This document shows, one piece after another, positions 1 to 11,132 of a stretch of DNA of 64,000 bases. The notes under the pieces were generated by a model. The model searched no databases. It worked only from the letters and a program-made list of their open reading frames with translations, and was not told the origin of the DNA. This stretch comes from the human T2T-CHM13v2.0 reference genome, Homo sapiens, in NCBI GenBank assembly GCA_009914755.4, contig CP068257.2, forward strand, positions 1,536,001 through 1,600,000, written 5' to 3'. Each line of letters begins with the position of its first letter. Position 1 is the stretch's first letter. The position numbers and the translations under genes were made by a program.

Positions 1-122
1 CATAAAATATCAAAGTACCCAAAGCAAGTATTATATACTGTACATAAAAGATGAAAGTACATCAAATATATATTTTATTCTGTACATAAAATATCAAAGT
101 ACACCAGATATATATTTTATAG

Positions 123-164
123 TGTACATAAAATATCAAAGTACCCAAACTATACATTATATAC
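123..164 (+). repeat. Reference 42-bp monomer: tgtacataaaatatcaaagtacccaaactatacattatatac.
   Basis: Indexed by hand from the line starting at 121. The next TGTACA begins at 165 and a GGTACA at 207, both exactly 42 bp apart. Confidence 0.9.
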
Positions 165-500
165 TGTACATAAAATATGAAATTACGTCAAATATATATT
201 ATATTAGGTACATAAAATATGAAAGTACATCAAATATAGATTATATACTGTACATAAAATATCAAAGTACCCCAAATATATATTATATACTGTACATCAA
301 ATATCAAAGTTCACAAACTATATATTATATACTGTACATAAAATATCAAAGTACCCAAGGTATATATTCTATACTGTACAAAAAATATCAAAGTACCCAA
401 AGCATGTATTATATACTGTACATAAAATATGAAAGTACATCAAATATATATTTTATTCTGTACATAAAACATCAAAGTACACCAGATATATATCCTATAG
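123..500 (+). repeat. Reference 378-bp higher-order repeat of 9 diverged 42-bp monomer types.
   Basis: The peptide in ORF 122..850 cycles through 9 distinct 14-aa units and then returns to YIKYQSTQTIHYIL. TGTACA at 123 and at 501 are 378 bp apart. ORFs at 122 and 878 have the same start 756 bp (2x378) apart. Adjacent HOR copies differ by about 5 nt in 378. Confidence 0.85.
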
Positions 501-2189
501 TGTACATAAAATATCAAAGTACCCAAACTATACATTATATACTGTACATAAAATATGAAATTACATCAAATATATATTATATTAGTTACCTAAAATATGA
601 AAGTACATCAAATATAGATTATATACTGTACATAAAATATCAGAGTACCCCAAATATATATTATATACTGTACATGAAATATCAAAGTTCACAAACTATA
701 TATTATATACTGTACATAAAATATCAAAGTACCCAAGGTATATATTCTATACTGTACAAAAAATATCAAAGTACCCAAAGCATGTATTATATACTGTACA
801 TAAAAGATGAAAGTACATCAAATATATATTTTATTCTGTACATAAAATAACAAAGTACACCGGATATATATTTTATAGTGTACATAAAATATCAAAGTAC
901 CCAAACTATACATTACATACTGTGCATAAAATATGAAATTACATCAAATATATATTATATTAGTTACCTAAAATATGAAAGTACATCAAATATAGATTAT
1001 ATACTGTACAGAAAATATGAAAGTACCCCAAATATATATTATACACTGTACATGAAATATGAAAGTTCACAAACTATATATTATATACTGTACATAAAAT
1101 ATCAAAGTACCCAAGGTATATATTTTATACTGTACAAAAAATATCAAAGTACCCAAAGAATGTATTATATACTGTACATAAAATATGAAAGTACATCAAA
1201 TATATATTTGATTCTGTACATAAAATAACAAAGTACACCAGATATGTATTTTATAGTGTACATAAAATATCAAAGTACCGAAACTATATATTACATACTG
1301 TACATAAAATATGCAATTACATCAAATATATATTATATTAGGAACATAAAATATGAAAGTACATCAAATATAGATTATTAACTGTACATAAAATATCAAA
1401 GAACCCCAAATATATATTATATACTGTACATGAGATATCAAACTTCACAAACTATATATTATATACTGTACATAAAATATCAAAGTACCCAAGGTATATA
1501 TTCTATACTATACAAAAAATATCAAAGTACACAAAGCATGTATTATATACTGTACATAAAATATGAAATTACATCAAATATATATTATATTAGGTACATA
1601 AAATATGAAAGTACGTCAAATATATATTATATACTGTACATAAAATATAAAAGTACCCCAAATATATATTATATACTGAACATGAAATATCAAAATACAC
1701 AAACTATATATTATATACTGTACAAAAAATATCAAAGTACCCAAAGCAAGTATTATATACTGTACATAAAATATGAAAGTACATCAAATATATATTTTAT
1801 TCTGTACATAAAATATCAAAGTACACCAGATATATATTTTATAATGTACATAAAACATCAAGGTACACAAACTATACATTATATAGTGTACATAAAATAT
1901 GAAATTACATCAAATATATATTATATTGGATACATAAAATATGAAAGTACATCAAGTATAGATTATTAACTGTACATAAAATATCAAAGAACCCCAAATA
2001 TATATTATATACTGTGCATGAAATATCAAAGTTCACAAACTATATATTATATATTGTACATAAAATATCAAAGTACCCAAGGTTTATATTCTGTACTGTA
2101 CAAAAAATATCAAAGTACCCAAAGCATGTATTATATACTGTACATAAAATATGAAATTACATCAAATATACATTATATTAGGTACATAA

Positions 2190-5065
2190 AATATGAAAGT
2201 ACATCAAATATATATTTTATTCTGTACATAAAATATCAAAGTACACCAGATATATATTTTATAGTGTACATAAAATATCAAATTACCCAAACTATACATT
2301 ATATCCTGTACATAAAATATGAAATTACATCAAATATATATTATATTAGGTACATAAAATATGAAAGTACATCAAATATAGATTATATACTGTACATAAA
2401 ATATAAAAGTACCCCAAATATATATTATATACTGTACATGAAATATCAAAATACAGAAACTATATATTATATACTGTACAAAAAATATCAAAGTACCCAA
2501 AGCAAGTATTATATACTGTACATAAAAGATGAAAGTACATCAAATATATATTCTATTCTGTACATAAATTATCAAAGTACACCAGATATATATTTTATAG
2601 TGTACTTAAAACATCAAGGTACACAAACTATACATTATATACTGTACATAAAATATGAAATTACATCAAATATATATTATATTGGGTACATAAAATATGA
2701 AAGCACATCAAATATAGATTAACTGTACATAAAATATCAAAGAACCCGAAATATATATTATATACTGTACATGAAATATCAAAGTTCACAAACTATATAT
2801 TATATACTGTACATAAAATATCAAGGTACCCAAGGTATATATTCTATATTGTATAAAAAATATCAAAGTACCCAAAGCATGTATTATATACTGTACATAA
2901 AATATGAGAGTACATCAAATATATATTTTATTCTGTACATAAAATATCAAAGTACACCAGATATATATTTTATAGTGTACATAAAATATCAAAGTACCCA
3001 AACCATACATTATATACTGTACATAAAATATGAAATTACATCAAATATATATTATATTAGGTACATAAAATATGAAAGTACATAAAATATAGATGATATA
3101 CTGTACATAAAATATCAAAGTAGCCCAAATATATATTATACAGTGTACATGAACTATCAAAATTTACAAAATATATATTATATAATGTACATAAAATATC
3201 AAAATACCCAAAACAAGTATTATATACTGTACATAAAAGATGAAAGTACATCAAATATATATTTTATTCTGTACATAAAATATCAAAGTACACCAGATAT
3301 ATATTTTATAGTGTACATAAAATATCAAGGTAACCAAACTATACATTATATACTGTACATAAAATATGAAATTACATCAAATATATATTATATTAGGTAC
3401 GTAAAATATGAAATTACATCAAATATAGATTATATACTGTACATAAAATATAAAAGTACCCCAAATATATATTATATACTGTACATGAAATATCAAAATA
3501 CAGAAACTATATATTATATACTGTACAAAAAATATCAAAGTACCCAAAGCAAGTATTATATACTGTACATAAAAGATGAAAGTACATCAAATATATATTC
3601 TATTCTGTACATAAATTATCAAAGTACACCAGATATATATTTTATAGTGTACATAAAACATCAAGGTACACAAACTATACATTATATACTGTACATAAAA
3701 TATGAAATTACATCAAATATATATTATATTGGGTACATAAAATATGAAAGCACATCAAATATAGATTAACTGTACATAAAATATCAAAGAACCCGAAATA
3801 TATATTATATACTGTACATGAAATATCAAAGTTCACAAACTATATATTATATACTGTACATAAAATATCAAGGTACCCAAGGTATATATTCTATACTGTA
3901 CAAAAAATATCAAAGTACCCAAAGCATGTATTATATACTGTACATAAAATATGAGAGTACATCAAATATATATTTTATTCTGTACATAAAATATCAAAGT
4001 ACACCAGATATATATTTTATAGTGTACATAAAATATCAAAGTACCCAAACTATACATTATATACTGTACATAAAATATGAAATTACATCAAATATATATT
4101 ATATTAGGTACATAAAATATGAAAGTACATAAAATATAGATGATATACTGTACATAAAATATCAAAGTAGCCCAAATATATATTATACAGTGTACATGAA
4201 ATATCAAAATTTACAAAATATATATTATATAATGTACATAAAATATCAAAATACCCAAAACAATTATTATATACTGTACATAAAAGATGAAAGTACATCA
4301 AATATATATTTTATTCTGTACATAAAATATCAAAGTACACCAGATATATATTTTATAGTGTACATAAAATATCAAGGTAACCAAACTATACATTATATAC
4401 TGTACATAAAATATGAAATTACATCAAATATATATTATATTAGGTACGTAAAATATGAAATTACATCAAATACAGATTATATACTGTACATAAAATATAA
4501 AAGAACCCCAAATATATATTATATATTGTACATGAAATATCAAAATACAGAAACTATATATTATATACTGTACAAAAAATATCAAAGTACCCAAAGCAAG
4601 TATTATATACTGTACATAAAAGATGAAAGTACATCAAATATATATTCTATTCTGTACATAAATTATCAAAGTACACCAGATATATATTTTATAGTGTACA
4701 TAAAACATCAAGGTACACAAACTATACATTATATACTGTACATAAAATATGAAATTACATCAAATATATATTATATTGGGTACATAAAATATGAAAGCAC
4801 ATGAAATATAGATTAACTGTACATAAAATATCAAAGAACCCGAAATATATATTATAAACTGTACATGAAATATCAAAGTTCACAAACTATATATTATATA
4901 CTGTACATAAAATATCAAGGTACCCAAGGTATATATTCTCTACTGTACAAAAAATATCAAAGTACCCAAAGCATGTATTATATACTGTACATAAAATATG
5001 AGAGTACATAAAATATATATTTTATTCTGTACATAAAATATCAAAGTACACCAGATATATATTTT
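2190..5065. repeat. About 2.9-kb block that is re-used 6067 bp downstream (copy A).
   Basis: ORFs 2771, 3143, 3818, 4190 and the - ORF 4104 are reproduced at 8838, 9210, 9885, 10257 and 10171. All five pairs are offset by exactly 6067, with 0-1 aa differences per ORF. Nucleotide comparison of 4801-5065 against 10868-11132 is identical until divergence at about 5066/11133. Confidence 0.85.
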
Positions 5066-5570
5066 ATAGTGTACATAAAATATCAAAGTACCCAAACTAT
5101 ACATTATATACTGTACATAAAATATGAAATTACATCAAATATATATTATATTAGGTACATAAAATATGAAAGTACATAAAATATAGATGATATACTGTAC
5201 ATAAAATATCAAAGTAGCCCAAATATATATTATACAGTGTACATGAAATATCAAAATTTACAAAATATATATTATATAATGTACATAAAATATCAAAATA
5301 CCCAAAACAAGTATTATATACTGTACATAAAAGATGAAAGTACATCAAATATATATTTTATTCTGTACATAAAATATCAAAGTACACCAGATATATATTT
5401 TATAGTGTACATAAAATATCAAGGTAACCAAACTATACATTATATACTGTACATAAAATATGAAATTACATCAAATATATATTATATTAGGTACGTAAAA
5501 TATGAAAGTACATCAAATATAGATTATATACTGTATATAAAATATAAAAGAACCCCAAATATATATTATA
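2190..5570. repeat. 1047-bp super-repeat of about 25 monomers, one of them a 39-bp variant, in about 3.2 tandem copies.
   Basis: Landmarks repeat every 1047 bp: + ORFs 2771/3818, 3143/4190/5237, and - ORFs 3057/4104/5151. 1047 = 25x42 - 3. The 3-bp loss is seen at …atatagattaactgtacat (about 2715, 3762, 4810). Confidence 0.75.
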
Positions 5571-7629
5571 TACTCTACTTGAAATATCAAAGATCACAAA
5601 CTATATATTATATACTGTACATAAAATATGAATATACCCAAGGTATATATTCTATACTGTACAAAAAATATCAAAGTACCCAAAGCATGTATTATATACT
5701 GTACATAAAATATGTAACTACATCAAATATATATTTAATTCTGTACATAAAATAACAAAGTACACCAGATATATGTTTTATAGTGTACATAAAATATCAA
5801 AGTACCCAAACTATACATTACATACTGTACATAAAATATGAAATTACATCAAATATATATTATATTAGGAACATAAAATATGAAAGTACATCAAATATAG
5901 ATTATTAACTGTACATAAAATATCAAAGAACCCCAAATATATATTATATACTGTACATGAGATATCAAACTTCACAAACTATATATTATATACTGTAGAT
6001 AAAATATCAACGTACCCAAGGTATATATTCTATACTGTACAAAAAATATCAAAGTACCCAAAGCATGTATTATATACTGTATATAAAATATGAAAGTACA
6101 TCAAATATATATTTTATTCTGTACATAAAATATTAAAGTACACCAGATATATATTTTATAGTGTACATAAAATATAAAGTACCCAAACTATACATTACAT
6201 ACTGTACATAAAATATGAAATTACATCAAATATATATTATATTAGGTACATAAAATATGAAAGTACATCAAATATAGATTATTAACTGTACATAAAATAT
6301 CAAAGAACCCCAAATATATATTATATACTGTACATGAAATATCAAACTTCACAAACTATATATTATATACTGTACATAAAATATAAAAGTACCCAAGGTA
6401 TATATTCTATACTGTACAAAAAATATCAAAGTACCCAAAGCATGTGTTATATACTGTACATAAAATATGAAAGTACATCAAATATATATTTTATTCTGTA
6501 CATAAAATATCAAAGTACACCAGATATATATTTTATAGTGTACATAAAATATCAAAATACCCAAAGTATACATTATAAACTGTACATAAAATATGAAAGT
6601 ACATCAAATATAGATAATTAACTGTACATAAAATATCAAAGTACCCCAAATATATATTATATACTGTACATGAGATATCAAACTTCACAAACTATATATT
6701 ATATACTGTAGATAAAATATCAACGTACCCAAGGTATATATTCTACACTGTACAAAAAATATCAAAGTACCCAAAATATGTATTATATACTGTATATAAA
6801 ATATGAAAGTACATCAAATATAAATTTTATTCTGTACATAAAATATCAAAGTACACCAGATATATATTTTATAGTGTACAGAAAATATCAAAGTACCCAA
6901 ACTATACATTATATACTGTACATAAAATATGAAATTACATCAAATATATATTATATTAGGTACATAAAATATGAAAGTACATAAAATATAGATGATATAC
7001 TGTACATAAAGTATCAAAGTAGCCCAAAGTTATATTATACAGTGTACATGAAATATCAAAATTTACAAAATATATATTATATAATGTACATAAAATATCA
7101 AAGTACCCAAAGCAAGTATTATATACTGTACATAAAAGATGAAAGTACATCAAATATATATTTTATTCTCTACGTAAAATATCAAAGTACACCAGATATA
7201 TATTTTATAGTGTACATAAAATATCAAAGTACCCAAACTATACATTACATACTGTACATAAAATATGAAATTACATGAAATATATATTATTTTAGGAACA
7301 TAAATATGAAAGTACATCAAATATAGATTATTAACTGTACATAGAATATCAAAGAACCCCAAATATATATTATATACTGTACATGAGATATCAAACTTCA
7401 CAAACTATATATTATATACTGTACATAAAATATCAAACTACCCAAGGTATATATTCTATACTGTACAAAAAATATCAAAATACCCAAAGCATGTATTATA
7501 TACTGTACATAAAATATGAAAGTATATCAAATATATATTTTATTCTGTACATAAAATATCAAAGTACACCAGATATATATTTTATAGTGTACATAAAATA
7601 TCAAAGTACCCAAACTATACATTATATAC

Positions 7630-7666
7630 TGTACATAAAATATGAAATTACATCAAATATATATTA
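7630..7666 (+). repeat. 37-bp truncated monomer variant (…atatatattaggtac instead of …atatatattatattaggtac). It shortens the HOR to 373 bp and shifts the open frame.
   Basis: TGTACA at 7630 and the next GGTACA at 7667 are 37 bp apart. The frame shift produces the recurring MKLHQIYIRYIKYEST ORF starts spaced 373 bp apart, for example 30363/30736, 39492/39865, 42875/43248 and 46261/46634. Confidence 0.8.
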
Positions 7667-8256
7667 GGTACATAAAATATGAAAGTACATCAAATATAGA
7701 TTATACTGTACATATAATATCAATGTACCCCAAATATATATTTTATACTCTACATGAAATATCAAAGTTCACAAACCATACATTATATACTGTACATAAA
7801 AAATCAAAGTACCCAAGGTATATATTCTATACTGTACAAAAAATATCAAAGTACCCAAAGCATGTATTATATACTGTATATAAAATATGAAAGTACATCA
7901 AATATATATTTTATTCTGTACATAAAATATCAAAGTACACCAGATATATATTCTATAGTGTACATATAATAACAAAGTACACAAACTATACATTATATAC
8001 TGTACATAAAATATGAAATTACATCAAATATATATTAGGTACATAAAATATGAAAGTACATCAAATATAGATTATATACTGTACATATAATATCAATGTA
8101 CCCCAAATATATATTTTATACTCTACATGAAATATCAAAGTTCACAAACCATACATTATATACTGTACATAAAAAATCAAAGTACCCAAGGTATATATTC
8201 TATACTGTACAAAAAATATCAAAGTACCCAAAGCATGTATTATATACTGTACATAA

Positions 8257-11132
8257 AATATGAAGGTACATCAAATATATATTTTATTCTGTACATAAAA
8301 TATCAAAGTACACCAGATATATATTTTATAGTGTACATAAAATATCAAATTACCCAAACTATACATTATATCCTGTACATAAAATATGAAATTACATCAA
8401 ATATATATTATATTAGGTACATAAAATATGAAAGTACATCAAATATAGATTATATACTGTACATAAAATATAAAAGTACCCCAAATATATATTATATACT
8501 GTACATGAAATATCAAAATACAGAAACTATATATTATATACTGTACAAAAAATATCAAAGTACCCAAAGCAAGTATTATATACTGTACATAAAAGATGAA
8601 AGTACATCAAATATATATTCTATTCTGTACATAAATTATCAAAGTACACCAGATATATATTTTATAGTGTACTTAAAACATCAAGGTACACAAACTATAC
8701 ATTATATACTGTACATAAAATATGAAATTACATCAAATATATATTATATTGGGTACATAAAATATGAAAGCACATCAAATATAGATTAACTGTACATAAA
8801 ATATCAAAGAACCCGAAATATATATTATATACTGTACATGAAATATCAAAGTTCACAAACTATATATTATATACTGTACATAAAATATCAAGGTACCCAA
8901 GGTATATATTCTATATTGTATAAAAAATATCAAAGTACCCAAAGCATGTATTATATACTGTACATAAAATATGAGAGTACATCAAATATATATTTTATTC
9001 TGTACATAAAATATCAAAGTACACCAGATATATATTTTATAGTGTACATAAAATATCAAAGTACCCAAACCATACATTATATACTGTACATAAAATATGA
9101 AATTACATCAAATATATATTATATTAGGTACATAAAATATGAAAGTACATAAAATATAGATGATATACTGTACATAAAATATCAAAGTAGCCCAAATATA
9201 TATTATACAGTGTACATGAAATATCAAAATTTACAAAATATATATTATATAATGTACATAAAATATCAAAATACCCAAAACAAGTATTATATACTGTACA
9301 TAAAAGATGAAAGTACATCAAATATATATTTTATTCTGTACATAAAATATCAAAGTACACCAGATATATATTTTATAGTGTACATAAAATATCAAGGTAA
9401 CCAAACTATACATTATATACTGTACATAAAATATGAAATTACATCAAATATATATTATATTAGGTACGTAAAATATGAAATTACATCAAATATAGATTAT
9501 ATACTGTACATAAAATATAAAAGTACCCCAAATATATATTATATACTGTACATGAAATATCAAAATACAGAAACTATATATTATATACTGTACAAAAAAT
9601 ATCAAAGTACCCAAAGCAAGTATTATATACTGTACATAAAAGATGAAAGTACATCAAATATATATTCTATTCTGTACATAAATTATCAAAGTACACCAGA
9701 TATATATTTTATAGTGTACATAAAACATCAAGGTACACAAACTATACATTATATACTGTACATAAAATATGAAATTACATCAAATATATATTATATTGGG
9801 TACATAAAATATGAAAGCACATCAAATATAGATTAACTGTACATAAAATATCAAAGAACCCGAAATATATATTATATACTGTACATGAAATATCAAAGTT
9901 CACAAACTATATATTATATACTGTACATAAAATATCAAGGTACCCAAGGTATATATTCTGTACTGTACAAAAAATATCAAAGTACCCAAAGCATGTATTA
10001 TATACTGTACATAAAATATGAGAGTACATCAAATATATATTTTATTCTGTACATAAAATATCAAAGTACACCAGATATATATTTTATAGTGTACATAAAA
10101 TATCAAAGTACCCAAACTATACATTATATACTGTACATAAAATATGAAATTACATCAAATATATATTATATTAGGTACATAAAATATGAAAGTACATAAA
10201 ATATAGATGATATACTGTACATAAAATATCAAAGTAGCCCAAATATATATTATACAGTGTACATGAAATATCAAAATTTACAAAATATATATTATATAAT
10301 GTACATAAAATATCAAAATACCCAAAACAATTATTATATACTGTACATAAAAGATGAAAGTACATCAAATATATATTTTATTCTGTACATAAAATATCAA
10401 AGTACACCAGATATATATTTTATAGTGTACATAAAATATCAAGGTAACCAAACTATACATTATATACTGTACATAAAATATGAAATTACATCAAATATAT
10501 ATTATATTAGGTACGTAAAATATGAAATTACATCAAATACAGATTATATACTGTACATAAAATATAAAAGAACCCCAAATATATATTATATATTGTACAT
10601 GAAATATCAAAATACAGAAACTATATATTATATACTGTACAAAAAATATCAAAGTACCCAAAGCAAGTATTATATACTGTACATAAAAGATGAAAGTACA
10701 TCAAATATATATTCTATTCTGTACATAAATTATCAAAGTACACCAGATATATATTTTATAGTGTACATAAAACATCAAGGTACACAAACTATACATTATA
10801 TACTGTACATAAAATATGAAATTACATCAAATATATATTATATTGGGTACATAAAATATGAAAGCACATGAAATATAGATTAACTGTACATAAAATATCA
10901 AAGAACCCGAAATATATATTATAAACTGTACATGAAATATCAAAGTTCACAAACTATATATTATATACTGTACATAAAATATCAAGGTACCCAAGGTATA
11001 TATTCTCTACTGTACAAAAAATATCAAAGTACCCAAAGCATGTATTATATACTGTACATAAAATATGAGAGTACATAAAATATATATTTTATTCTGTACA
11101 TAAAATATCAAAGTACACCAGATATATATTAT
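8257..11132. repeat. Copy B of the about 2.9-kb block at 2190-5065. It includes about 2.75 units of the 1047-bp super-repeat.
   Basis: Same evidence as copy A. ORFs 8838/9885 and 9210/10257 are also 1047 bp apart internally. The distinctive QITQTIHYIL unit marks the left end in both copies (2018 and 8127 ORFs). Confidence 0.85.

Larger units (their letters stand above)
1..2190. repeat. Domain of 378-bp HORs of the F-type monomer subfamily (…atatattttatagtgtacat). It is the left part of a large duplicated block whose partner starts at 23155.
   Basis: ORFs 122, 878, 1430 and 2018 match ORFs 23654, 24032, 24584 and 25406 at offset 23154, with one 126-bp (3-monomer) indel at about 1560 versus 24714. 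Sequence 1-60 equals 23155-23214. Confidence 0.75.

Noticed and set aside
123-164. Ancestral sub-repeat inside the 42-mer (gtacataaa at 2-10 versus gtacccaaa at 20-28).
   Set aside because: The similarity is limited to GTAC plus an A-run. The two halves otherwise do not align, so I do not claim that the 42-mer arose by duplication of a shorter unit.
7655-7675. Telomeric repeat (TTAGG insect-type pentamer occurs inside …atattaggtacat once per HOR).
   Set aside because: It is a single pentamer embedded in a monomer, never tandemly iterated. It is not a telomeric tract.
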